Shown: in pieces, positions 12,606 through 25,595 of the stretch
Layout: each line of letters starts with the position of its first letter
Position numbering within the stretch: position 1 is the stretch's first letter
Source of the DNA: Octopus sinensis
Lineage: Eukaryota
Length of the DNA stretch: 64,000 nucleotides
Direction: 5' to 3'
Assembly (NCBI RefSeq): GCF_006345805.1
Contig: NC_043002.1
Span: 24,366,001 to 24,430,000, forward strand
Translations under genes and position numbers: made by a program
Notes under the pieces: generated by a model
Told to the model about the DNA's origin: nothing
The model's input: the letters and a program-made list of their open reading frames with translations, nothing else
Databases searched by the model: none

Positions 12606-13319
12606 ACACATATACACACACACACATATATATATAAAATTCATTGAAGTAAAAAACAATCAAGCATAAAAAAATCTTACAAAATAAAAGGTCATTTATT
12701 TAAAGGTAACAACATAAAAAAGAAATAAACAATAAGAAAATCAGGAATACCTTTGTTTCATATTTCAAAAGCCTAAACTACATTGAAATTAAAAGTAAAA
12801 GACTGAATAACTAAGCAACCTAACAAAAGAACATTTAATAAACTTAATTAGATACATAACTCATCTTTTTGAGATTAAAGCATTCTTTGAAAATAAAACA
12901 GAAATTAATGTAACATGAAACATTACATTATATGAAACAAAAGTTATTGAAATGTTTATTCTTCTAAAATTTACTAAAGGAACATTATTATATCTGCAGA
13001 ATAGGGTTAAATCAAAAGTGAAAAGAATCCAATATTTACAAATAATTTGTTCTTAGAAGCATATGATTTGATTATTAGCAGTGCAGAAAATGTTTAAGGT
13101 AATAATTTGTGAAATTAGAAATTGTTGGAATTGGTAAAAATCTACTGACATTAAACAATTAAAGAAACAACCATAAGAAAAACAGGACATCACATTATCC
13201 TTTTTCCTTGGAAACTGATTACTTACTGAGAAAAAAATGAAGGGGAGGAATATACTGAGAAGAATGGAATGGAAAAGTAATTTTTTTTTCTTGAAAAACT
13301 TACCATCAGTTCATCTACA

Positions 13320-14460
13320 GAGGACAGTTTCGATTTCAAATCTTGCAAAAGTCCCCCACACATAAAAGAACTAGATTGAATGAAGCTCTCATTAGACTAG
13401 TTAAAATATTAACTTTAACAACAGACCCAATAGATTCCAACATAAACTAAAAGAATTTCTACAACCTTTCCAAAACTCCAACATCTTTATAAAAGCCAAT
13501 TAAACAAAAAGCAAAAACAACAAAACAGAGGCTTGTACAATAAACTATTGTTAGATAATATCACTAAGACAACATTAAAAATGAAGCAAAACATCTAACA
13601 AATTAAACGTAACTGATGAAATACAATATCTCAACTTGTATAAACTCTTTGTAACCTTCAAGGATCAAAGGACCAAATTTACCCATAAGCCTAGTTGTAG
13701 GTTAATTATTATGAAACCCAGAAAAACCGTTGTTATTCTATTATGACTCTTATTAGGTAAAAGAAAAGAAAAAAAAAAACAGTGACGAGCGCTCTGATAT
13801 AATAAAGAGCTATGATGGGGCTAAAATTGCAGCCCTTGAAAGTCAACTTATTCTTAATAAGCTAAATAATGAAGTAAAGGAGGTTAGCTTAGGATTACAG
13901 ATACATTAGACTGGAGTGGCAGCAACAAATATGGACAGTATCAGAAAGAAGCTTAGTAGAATATATACACAACCTGAAAATATCAGTGAATACCAACCTC
14001 AAAATCATCAGCTGTCCAGATACTACTATGAATTTCACTAAAGGTTAATACTATTCCTTCCACAGACCTACAGAAGAAATCACCTAAATAGATAAAACTC
14101 ACTCCATCTACCCCAATAACATAAGTAGGTATATTTCTAGCTTGACCATCATTAATAGGGCTACTTCAACAAAATCTAGATGTAGACACAGAAAAATCTT
14201 ATGGTTTAATCCACTATATTGTCTGAATGTAGCAACCAAAGCAGTGAAATTCTTCACCCTAACAGATAATCATTTCCCACCAATGCATGGATACTGTAAA
14301 ATTTTTAACAGAAATACAATATAAGATACCTATAAATGCTGCTCTAACACAGATTCACAAATACTTAGCCACAGCAAAGATGTTAGGGAACTGGTGTTCT
14401 GAGCTGATATTTCAGATGGTGATATATACTAAAAACTTACAGAGGATTAACAAGGAATAC
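13320..14460 (+). mobile_element. Decayed Penelope-like element
   Basis: Fragments RCRHRKILWFNPLYCLNVATK...DNHFPPMHGYCKIFNRNTI and upstream FKDQRTKFTHKPSCRLI resemble PLE ORF motifs (WFNPP...HFP...KIFNRNT; KDHK...CRLINP). Confidence 0.7.
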
Positions 14461-14481
14461 CTTCAAGGAAAGGAAAGATAT

Positions 14482-14735
14482 GTTAGTTAGTTAGTTAGTT
14501 AATTTGGCTCAAAAGCAAATAGCAAGGCCATGTAGGGGGACATGGAGTTAAGTACAGGGTGGTGTTCATGTAAAGAGTTCAGGCCACTTGAGGTCAAGGG
14601 AGGCTTTGAACAAAGCGGTCGTCGGCATCTTCACCATCTCGTCTGGCAGCTTGTTCCACGGATCCGCAACCCGGACGGAGAAAGCTCCTCTCCTTCGATT
14701 GAGATGAAATCGATAACCATCTATGGTTATCGATG
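14482..14735 (-). mobile_element. 5'-truncated CR1/L2-type LINE 3' end with (TAAC)n tail
   Basis: ORF end GYRFHLNRRRGAFSVRVADPWNKLPDEMVKMPTTALFKASLDLKWPELFT*, short UTR, tetranucleotide tail. Confidence 0.8.
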
Positions 14736-17700
14736 AAATATATAACCATCTATGGTTATCGATGAAATATATAACCATCTATGTTATATGCACAACGCAT
14801 GAATTCATTTAAGAAAAAGAGAAACAAGTGCAATGCCTGAAGGTCTGCAAAGTGAGCAATCTGCTAATGCAACCTTTGCATCACAGAAAACTTAACAGAT
14901 GTTAAACTTTCAGATACATTCCTGTTCTCAATGTATGCGAATATGGAACATGGGTGTTACAGACCACAATTTCAACTCAGCTAATTTTTCCCATCCCATT
15001 AGACCCGGCTACCTTCAGAATGCCCCCAACATCAACCACAACAGTACAACAAAGCATAAAAAGTACAAAAATGCACCAAACCCACCACTAGGATACCCCA
15101 CTCATATATTATTCAATAGTCCCAGGACACATACTCTGGACCAAATATTCCAAGAGGTTCCATGGTTGAAACAACTGTCACCCAAACATTACTGTTAGTC
15201 TAACTCATCACTTACACCAAGCGTATGTACCTGAATTGAAGTTAGAAACATGTATGTGCATGTGTAATGTATGCCTGAGCATGAATTACAAGAATACCAG
15301 ACACACACTATTATAAGAAAAACAACTAGGTGTAAGATAGCTACAAGCCATATTAGCTTCAACCACATATAATTTGCATACAGTAACAGAATATTTTTGG
15401 ACGAACCTGTACACCCAATAAACAGCAATGTCAATACTAAGACTATATCATGACTTACACAACAGTCCACTAGCAGCTTACAAATGTGGCAGTTCTACTT
15501 TAGTTTATCTATACTCCAATATGAGTTATAGCCTTGAGTTCCCACATACATTTTGGCCAAAGCTCTATATGTAGCTAGATACCAAGATATCAAAACCATA
15601 TTTTCCTAATTACATGTTTTATGAACGAATGAAAACAAATGAGAATTCACTGGAAATATGGTACCATTACAATAAATTGCCAAGTTTGACAATGCTGCAT
15701 TTACAGAAGACCATACATCCAAAATTTTGATATCTGCAGTTATATCATGGTTACCTAATGACTACTTCTTATAGATACATCCAGTGGGAAGAACAGGTCA
15801 CAGGATATTAACAATATACATTCATATGCATGAGTGTATGCATTTTAATATTATTTTAAAAGTAGTTGGACTGTTCTGTATCAAGGGAAACAAACGACAT
15901 TACCATCTATGAACGATTACTCCCCCTGAACTAACATATTCATGAGTGCAATCCTAGCAATGACATCATTTCCTTTTACTTATGATCTTGCAACACATTT
16001 TCATTGGCCATAATGGCAGAAAGTCTGTTGTAATTCTAATTCTAGATAAATATTTATTGACATTCAACAACATGATACCTTAGGTTCTAGAAGACTGACA
16101 CAAATTCCATTTAAAGATTTTATTATGAACTTTCCTAATGTTGAGTATTCCTTTTTCTAGTTATGAAGTATATGATAGGCATTAGGAAACGCATTTAGTT
16201 GTAGAAATCATACCAAAACAGACATTGGAATGCAATGCAATTTTCCATCTCAATGGATCCTGTCAAACTGTCCAATCCATGCAAGCATGAAAGATGGACG
16301 TTAAATGATGATGATATATATAACCATCTATGTATCATACTTAACCTATATACACCACTGACAGGCATGATGCCATGGTTTTGCTTGAAGGAAAAGGCTC
16401 TTCATAGACATACTGTGTTAAAAATAATATATATCAGAGCAAAATGAACATTGTTCCATCAATGATCTATGAGAGCAACAGACACATTTCAGCTTACTTG
16501 AGTCTTGCCAATGACATGTATGTCTAGTCACATGAATGGACAAAGTCTGTCCTTCCAATATATAGGAAACAGTGAATAATACAGTTACTGATATTACAGA
16601 AAGCTGTCTGCTTGAATGAAAACTTGGTGTACACAATTAGAACAGCATTAAATTAAAATTGCCTTCTATGTATCATATTTAATATATATACCATTGACAG
16701 ACAGGATACTGTGGTTTTTGTCTGAAAGAAAATCACTTCATAGTCATGCTGTGTTAAAAACACAATATATATACAATAGAAGTGATGACTGGCAGTACAG
16801 AAAGAGTGAAAGTAGAGGAGACAAGGTTCAAAACAGATCCAATACAGTCTATTATACAGAGGCCTAGTATCTACAAGAGATAACATGATGAGAGAGGCAG
16901 TGGACGTATTGAATATAGCTGGGTACCACACCATCTATCATTATCCAAGTGACATGGGTGTGGAATAACAAGTGATGGAGAGAGATGAGTGATGGCGACC
17001 AAAGTATTAATAAAGTTAGAAGATAGGATCTTGCTACTATGTGGGTAACAGTCATGCTCATTATGTAGAAAAAGAGTAAGAAGGAATTTTATAGTGTATT
17101 CAGTGTAAACTAGACACACAAGAGGTACAATGGGATTACAAGTGGACTAACAAAGAAAGTAGACTTCATATGCATTAGGTACACATGGACAATATCCATG
17201 AAGAGCTCTTTCATAATTTATCCCTAATCGCCTAACATAAAGACATCATCTGTTCCTTGGGTTTCATAGACTTGTGAGCTACATGGTGACCTCATTACTG
17301 CAGGTGGCATGAGAAAAGCACCCAGTGCACAATGTAAATTGGTTTGCATTACAAAGAGCTTACAACCAGAGAAACCATACCAAAGCAAATACTAGAACAC
17401 AATGCAAATTCTTGGACTCACTGAATCGTGTCAAACCATTCAACTCACACCAGCATGGAACATGGATGTGAATGGTGATGATGATGATGATGCACACAGA
17501 ATCATCACAATGTGTGTGTGTGTGTGTGTGTGTGTAGAAAGTGAGAGAGAGAAAGAGAGTGATAGACAGAGATCTGTTTAATGTCTACTTTCCCCAACTT
17601 GGTCAAGCAGATTTTCTATGGCTAGATGCCTTTCATATTGCTAACCCTCACTTTTGTTGAAGTGAGGTAATATTTCCTCTGCTGCTGCAATGAACAGTTC

Positions 17701-17894
17701 AATGGCCTGGACATAATTTCTTGTTGGATTGTAAACAGTTAGGACCATTTGCATGATGGTGAGTTTTGTTTACAATTAGTGTGCATATAACAAGTCAAGA
17801 GGAAGACACAAATATTCACACATACATATATATACACACATTATCGTCATCATCATTTAATGTCTGTTTTCCATGATGCCATAGGTTGGACTCC

Positions 17895-17933
<39 letters not shown>

Positions 17934-17977
17934 TACATATATAGGTACATACATATATATATAAACACATATACATA

Positions 17978-18850
17978 CCGTAAATGCTCAAGTATAATAT
18001 GCAGGGGGGTTTTAGGGAGCTGTACCTCTGAAAAACCTAAACCTTGTGTATAATACACACCCCTTCTCTAACTTGAATCAAGGAGGTCTATATAACGTCC
18101 TTGGTTTGTAAAAATGTATACGGTAATGTCCTTTATTATTATTGTATACATAACATAATATGAACGTGTAGCTTTTTTCTGCATTTTGTTTGCAGAAAAT
18201 AAAGAAATAACAGTAAAAACGTCAGTGAAAAATAAATATTAAGTAAATTGCCTTTACATATTTATCTCTATCAGTTGCAAAAACAAAAACATTTATTCAA
18301 ATCCTTCAAATTCAACGTCACTTTCAGCATCAAATAATTGTTCCATTTGTTCCTCCGTAAACATGTCAGCATCATTGTAGTGCAAATCTGTCATCGTCAG
18401 ATTCATAGTTAAAATCAGAAGATTCACTTTCATTTATTTCATCTTTCCATACAACGTGTACCATCCAGTGCAAATGGTATACAACATTTGACAAAACTTT
18501 TCACAATAATCTGAGGATCAAGTTCATTCCATGCATACACGATCCATTTGCATATCAAAGTCAGGTCGGGAGCGTGAACCCTTCCACCTTTAGTGAACGA
18601 CTTTTCTCCAGTCGACATCCATTCAGTCCATAAATCACTTTATGACTTCATTGCTTTCAGGCTTAGCTTAAGGTATTTTCATGCCCGGCATCACAAAATG
18701 TGTCTGAATAAATATTGCTGGACAGCAAATAGAGATTTGGACATTGCTTAGAAAATATTTTTCATTTTTAACCTCGTATGTAGTACGCTCTTGGGATTTT
18801 GACCATTAAATTTTGGGAAAAAAATGTGGATTATACTCGAGGATTTACAG
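17978..18850 (-). mobile_element. pogo/Tigger-like deletion derivative
   Basis: TIRs TA|ccgtaaatgctcaagtataat and attatactcgaggatttacag|TA. Internal minus-strand peptide LWTEWMSTGEKSFTKGGRVHAPDLTLICKWIVYAWNELDPQIIVKSFVKCCI resembles the pogo DDE C-terminus. Confidence 0.85.
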
Positions 18851-19052
18851 TATATATACACACATATATACATATATATACATACACATACATATATACA
18901 TACATATATATACACATATACATACATATATATATACACACATATACATATATACATACACACATATACATATATACATACACATACATACATATACATA
19001 TGTATGTATATATATATATATATATACATACACATACATACATATACATATG

Positions 19053-19098
<46 letters not shown>

Positions 19099-19120
19099 CA
19101 CATACATACATATACATATG

Positions 19121-19160
<40 letters not shown>

Positions 19161-19182
19161 CACATACATACATATACATATG

Positions 19183-19242
<60 letters not shown>

Positions 19243-19275
19243 TATATATATAAGCTTATATATGTATATATATAT
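18851..19275. repeat. Compound (TA)n/(CA)n/(TACA)n microsatellite
   Basis: Seen directly; source of the spurious IYIYIY ORFs. Confidence 0.95.
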
Positions 19276-20844
19276 AAGCAAAATCTAACCACTTGTAACA
19301 TTCTATTCCTTCTAAACCAAATCATGTTAAATTAATACAACCTAGTCATTCCCAACATTTTTGATTATCACCCTTATACCGAAAAAATCTTTGATTACTT
19401 TTCCCTGTCTGGAACTCCATATTTCACAACATAGCAAAGACATGACACAATATAAACAAATTTGATAAATTTGAAAAGAAAATACAAAACCAGTTATTTC
19501 TCCAAAAAGCAATGTTACTATAAGCAAAATTTTATAACATTTTCCTAACATAAAGATTTAAATATATTCTTTAACCATATAACACAAGCCTTCTGTAGTT
19601 TCTGGCTTTAGTCCCACTGCGTGGCAGCTTAGGCAAGTGTCTTCTACTATAGCCTTAATCGAGCAAATCGACCCCAGGACTTGTACTTATTCTATTGGTT
19701 TCTTATATAATAATATAAATAATATATAAATATATGCATATATACATACATATACATGCACATACGCATGCATATATGGGTACAGGATATCAAAAAAAAA
19801 TTGAACACAATGAAAAACGAAAACATAAAAACAAAAACATTATATGATCGAACGCCACGCATCCTTTTCCAAGTAAGTTTTACCTTAATGATTACGATGT
19901 GCACTCTTCTATCTTTACTATCTCTTTTCTGTCTCTCTCTCTCCCCCTCTTGTTCTTCATCCTTTCTGGTTTTCTCTCCCACTCTTCCCTATTCTTCTCC
20001 TCTCCCCCTCACCATTCCCTCTCTCTCACTCCTCCTCCTTGACTCTCTCGTCGCTGCGACGAAAGAGAATCTACCTTTCTACCCACAACCTTCGTAAAGA
20101 CTAAACATGCTTATACTGTCTCCATAAGTTTGTCTTCCTAAGCATTCAGAATAATTTTTCCATTGTCTTGGCTTAACAGCCCCCATCGTTTGTTTTTACT
20201 GTTATGTTCTCATTGTTCTGTCTTTTACTGATTTTATTTTTTATTGTTTTTACTGTTTTGTTCTCACTGTCCTGTTCTTGTTACCACTTTCACCCTCTGC
20301 AAAAAATCCCAAATTTTATTTAATTTGCTTTGCGGAAAGAACTGTTTCAACGAGGTCGCGTCTTGTCCTTGCCTTCAAAATGTGGAGTGGTTGAAACAGG
20401 CGAGGCTGGCAATGGCCACGATCGGATGGTGCTTTTTACATGCCACATATATATATGTGTGTGTATGTGTGTGTATATGTTTGTGTGTCTGTATTTGTCT
20501 TCCCAACATCACTTGACAACTGATGCTGATGTGTTTACATCCCTGTAACTTAGTGGTTCGGCATAAGAGACCGATAGAATTAGTACTAGGCTTACAAAAG
20601 AATAAGTCCTGGGGTCGATCTGCTCAACTAAAGGCGGTGCTCCAGCATGGCCACAGTCAAATGACGGAAACAAGTTAAACAGTAAAAGATATATACACAC
20701 ACACACATATATATATACACACACAAATATACATATATACACAAATATATATATACATATATACACAAATATATATACATATATATATACACACACATAT
20801 ATATACACACATATATATATATACAAACACACACACATATATAT

Positions 20845-21230
20845 ATATCATCATCATCATCGTTTAATGTCTGCTTTCCATGCTAGCATGGGTTGGATGA
20901 TTTTGACTGAGGGCTGGCAAACCAGATGGCAGCACCAGGCTCCAATCTTGATCTGGCAGAGTTTCTACAGCTGGACGCCCTTCCTAACGCCAACCACTCT
21001 GAGAGTGTTGTGGGTGCTTTTTACGTGCCACTGGCACGAGGGCCAGTCAGTTGGTACTGGCAATGACCTTGCTCAAATCTTTTTACACATGCCACCGGCA
21101 CAGGTGCCAGTTAGAAGATTTTGGTAACGATCACGCTCGAATGGTGTCCTTTTACATGCCACCAGCATGGAAGTCAGTTGGCTGCTCTGGCAACGATCAC
21201 GCTCGAATAGTGTTCATGGTAACCTACTAG
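20845..21230 (-). mobile_element. Copy of the (GAT)n-tailed retroposon family
   Basis: catcatcat...ccatgctagcatgggttgga...gcccttcctaacgccaaccactc...gtgcca units; reverse complement of 12190-12605. Confidence 0.85.
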
Positions 21231-21239
21231 CATGGGCAC

Positions 21240-21279
21240 ATGTATATATATATACATATATATATACATATATATTTGC

Positions 21280-21310
<31 letters not shown>

Positions 21311-21739
21311 CATATAAATATATATATACACATACATATACATACACATACATATACATACATATATATACATACATACACACACACACATATATCTATA
21401 CATATATATATGCATATATACACATATATATATACATATATATGTACACATATATATATATACATATGTACACACACACATATATGTGTGTGTGTACATA
21501 TATGTATATATATATACACACATATATGTACACGTATATATACATATCTGTTCACATACATATATACACACAGACACACATGTATGACATTACTCAACTC
21601 ATCATCACGCCAAGAATCTTTATTATTAGGTTTGGCAGGTTTCATGTCTTGTAAGTTACATTATTGTAGTTGAGTGTCCTATACACTCATTATATATATA
21701 TATATATATATACACAAACACATATATATATATATACAT

Positions 21740-21770
<31 letters not shown>

Positions 21771-21790
21771 CACATACATACACACATACA
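21240..21790. repeat. Compound (TA)n/(CA)n microsatellite
   Basis: Seen directly. Confidence 0.95.
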
Positions 21791-22156
21791 CTATGAGTAT
21801 CATTATCATCTTCGTCGTTCAATGTCCCCTTTTCCATGCCTGTATGGGACAAATGAAATATTTTGAGAGAGATTTTTTACAACTGGTTGCTCTTCCTGTT
21901 TCCAAGCAAGGTAATATTTCCCATTGTCAGACATGATTTTCAAGAGGACTGTAAACAATCGTCACTTGTATGACGGTGAAGCTCATTTACATCCATCACG
22001 TGAGGTCTAGACAAGGGTATACATACACACACACAAACATGACGGGCTTCTTTCAGTTTCCTTCTACAAAAATCCACGTACAAGGCTTTGGTTAGCAAAG
22101 GGCTATAGCAGAAGACACTTGCGCCTGGTGTTGCGCTGTGGGTCTGAACCGAAGAG

Positions 22157-22213
<57 letters not shown>

Positions 22214-24302
22214 CACGCATACACCTGTATATATATAACCACACATACAAATCATACAATAACATAATACACACACACGCACGCAAATAATATAATGATA
22301 TATAATATTTAAAGAAGAAAGCGAGTGCATTGTTACAATTGCCAAAATGGATTAACAGATCCCCTAAAAATAATTTAGGAATTTCAAGGGATCTGTAACT
22401 TCAGAAACTTTAACTGAAAAGAAAAAAACACGATAAAAAAAAGTGACCCATAAATTTAAAATATAACATGGAACTCTCATGACTGTACATTAAAGAATTA
22501 TTCTTATATATAAGCTGTTTCATTATTTATTTTTAATCTTTTTTTCGTGTGAAGCACTTTCTAAACTGAAAGTTTGAAGAAGGTAACATGCAACATTCTC
22601 AGATTAAAAAATAATAATAAAATAACGTAAATATATATACTCAATATAATATACTGAGTTCTTTTTCTCTCGGTTTTAAAACCAAACTTACATATACGTA
22701 CATACATACATATATAATTTTTTTTCTTATTCCTTAGGCCACCACTAACTAAAACCTATGATCAAAGGCGTTCCAGTTGTGACCATTCTGTCCTATTTTT
22801 GTTTAGATATGTTTAGAATCTCATTACCTAATGGTTTATTTCCTCTTTATGACGGCACTGAGGGAGAAATGGCTGCTATCTCAAACAGGTCGAACACCCC
22901 ATAAAGCCTCATTCGTTTGGTGTCGTTACTTAGTCCCAGATTAACCGTTATTGAGCAAAACACCAACGATCAGAGATATTCCAACCGTGAACATTCCATT
23001 TATTTTATTAAGATATCTATTTTGTGTGTATCTATGACACAACGTTACATGTCTTTCTTCTCTTTTCAGAAAGGATAGGGTGTGATATAAAAGAGATTTG
23101 ATTGCTAATTCTAGCAAGTCGAGAAACCAAGTAAAGAATGATCTTAAAGTTAAAAATCACAAACATACAATATACACACACATTATATATATATATATAT
23201 ATATATACATACACACACATTATATATTATGCGTTTTGTTTGCTGGCCATTTTGAAGTCAGAGCCAAGCTGTCGAAATAAAAGTGCACAGTTTCTACACG
23301 TGGAATAAGTGATTATCACAACAAAACAAGCCCGCTTACCTACCTAGGTAGGTAGAATGGGATGTGGTAACAATGTTTATATATAGAGAGTTGGGTGGAG
23401 GTACTTTTATTTTGTATATAGTGAAATATGTTGTGTGTATGTGTGTCGGTGAGAAATAGTAATGAGAGAGTAGGAGGGGGTTGCTTATAGCTATTCATAT
23501 AGAGAGAGGGGTAGATGGAAAGAGAGAGTAGGAGTGTCAGAGAAAAGGTATTAGAGGGAGTGAGAGGAGAGAGATAGAGAGATAAGAGTAAGACTGCATG
23601 TGACAGAAGGAAAGAGATAAAAGATATATATATGTTTGTGTGTGTGTATATATTTTTTACATATTATATATATATATATATATATGCAAAAAATAGATAT
23701 AGAGACAAAGAAGTAACACTCTTATATGCCAGGATATATGTGTGTGTGGAGAGAGAGAGAGAAAGGAGATAAAGAGATCTCTGTAAAAGAGAAATTTATA
23801 GATATGCTAGAGCCTACATTACTGTGGAATTTTCACACAGCAGGCGTCCCTGAGTATTCTTTCCTCAGTCATTCTTACAGAAAGACTGACAGAGACACAC
23901 TTCCAATGTGTAGAAAGAAGATGGAAAGAACGAAAAAGGGGAAAGATAAACAAAGAAAAAGAGAAAATTATAACTAGAGCAGAGAGAAAGAAAGCAAACG
24001 AAGCTAAGATAATAACAAGAGGGAAGTGAAAGAGAAGAGAATACGCACATATATATATATATATAAGGTTTACAAGGGATATATACCGGATGATGCACAC
24101 ACACACACATATATATATATATATAATAATAAATAAATATATATATATAATAAATAAATATATATATGTATATGAGTGAAAGGGAGAGTGAATCATGGAT
24201 AATGGTAGAAGCACTGGGGGAGGAGGGAAATACAAACATAAATAAAATATGAAGTACCTGAAAAAAAAACCCGTCGATTGTAAATCCAAAAGTAAAACTT
24301 AC

Positions 24303-24394
24303 CATTTCCTAACTTTATCAATGGCATTAATCACACGTTTGATATCTTCCTTTGCCCGGCTACGGGTTTCGGCTCGTATCGACCGCGACAACAT
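24303..24394 (-). CDS. BCL7: BCL7-family protein, coding exon 1 (92 nt, [30 protein letters not shown]+TG)
   Basis: Manual translation matches the BCL7 N-terminal signature (human BCL7[32 protein letters not shown]). ATG at 24394-24392; the exon ends at the donor TG|GTAAGT. Too short for the ORF track. Confidence 0.96.
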
Positions 24395-24720
24395 CTCTTC
24401 ACTTTCTCTCTAAACGTATTTGTTAAGACTTTTGGAAACGAAGCAAGCAAGCAGCGGCTGTTGTAAAAATACCTACTTGCCCCGGCAGGAAAAAAAAAAA
24501 TAATACGATAACGATGATTGTATAGTATTATTGCTGCTGTTATTACTATTACTACTATAACAAGACCTTCCAGTTCAGTGTTAGTTGAGCTGATGAGTTG
24601 GTGTGTTATGGCGGAGTAAAGCCCGGATGATTGACTGGAGCGGCTGCTGTCGACAACTATGGAAGACTAGCAGTGTTGCGAAATATTGATTTATATATAT
24701 ATATATATATATAAATGTAT
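24395..24720 (-). promoter_or_regulatory. Probable BCL7 5'UTR / proximal promoter
   Basis: Non-repetitive, visibly CpG-richer stretch directly upstream of the ATG, with a YY1-like ATGGCGG/CCGCCAT motif at 24608-24614. The TSS cannot be located from sequence. Confidence 0.55.
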
Positions 24721-25386
24721 ATCGCGTGTGTGTATATACATATAAATCATCATCACCATCATCATCGTCATCATCATCATTTACACACACACACACACAC
24801 AACAACTCGATCATTCATACAAAAAATACGCCGACGAGCCAATGAATGAGCTTCTACTCGGTCTTTCAACTTACTAAATATGCCAGCTAAATCTCCCTCA
24901 AATAATACTCTGCTCGTCTTGAAATTGGGTGGGGACGCCGAGGATAATGTAATCCTAGATAGGCAATGTCCTATAACGGTGATGGTCATGACTGGAACCC
25001 TTTTGATAATATTGATTAGGGCTAGACAATTCCTTCATTAATGAGGGACTGTCTATGTGATCACTTGAACGACTAAAATTAGTAGCCACATCTCTCTTAA
25101 ATCGCTCAGTAAGATTTAAATAAGAATATATTAAAACAGTTTAGCCCCTGATATACAAAGAAATTGGATGGTCGGTCAAGGTTTAAATGCCTTTTGTTCC
25201 CCAACACTTTCCTTCCCATCCTACAATAGATTGCTCAAAGGGTTTTCTTCCAATTCTTTCACCACTTCTTTGAATTTCACCTGTCTTGAACTTCAACTTT
25301 TTTGTTGTCAGACTGGACAATAGCTCAATTGCCCTCCCACATCTGCAATCTCTTATGCAGATAATACTACCTTATGGTCTTTTCTA

Positions 25387-25595
25387 ACCAGTACTAAATC
25401 ATCATCATTATCATAATCATCGTCGTCGTCGTCATCGTCATCATCATCATCATCATCATCATCATTGTCGTCATCATCATTGTCATTGTCATCATCATCA
25501 TCCTCATCATCATCGTCATCATCATTGTCATTGTCATCATCATCGTCGTCATTGTTGTCACCGTCTTCGTCGTCATCATCATCATCATCATCACC
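25387..25595. repeat. Degenerate (CAT/CGT)n trinucleotide tract
   Basis: Seen directly; gives spurious poly-D/M/S ORFs. Confidence 0.95.

Noticed and set aside
14899-15470. 99-aa and 91-aa ORFs, the latter hydrophobic
   Set aside because: No recognisable motif; the hydrophobicity follows from the A/C-rich opposite strand; no splice support.
18748-19335. Multiple long ORFs of IYIYIY/HTHT type (also 21167-21673, 23819-24305 and others)
   Set aside because: Translations of (TA)n/(CA)n microsatellites.
24600-24690. Possible first exon of a divergent plus-strand gene (ATGGCGGAG...)
   Set aside because: Immediate stop codon, and no downstream plus-strand exons recognised.
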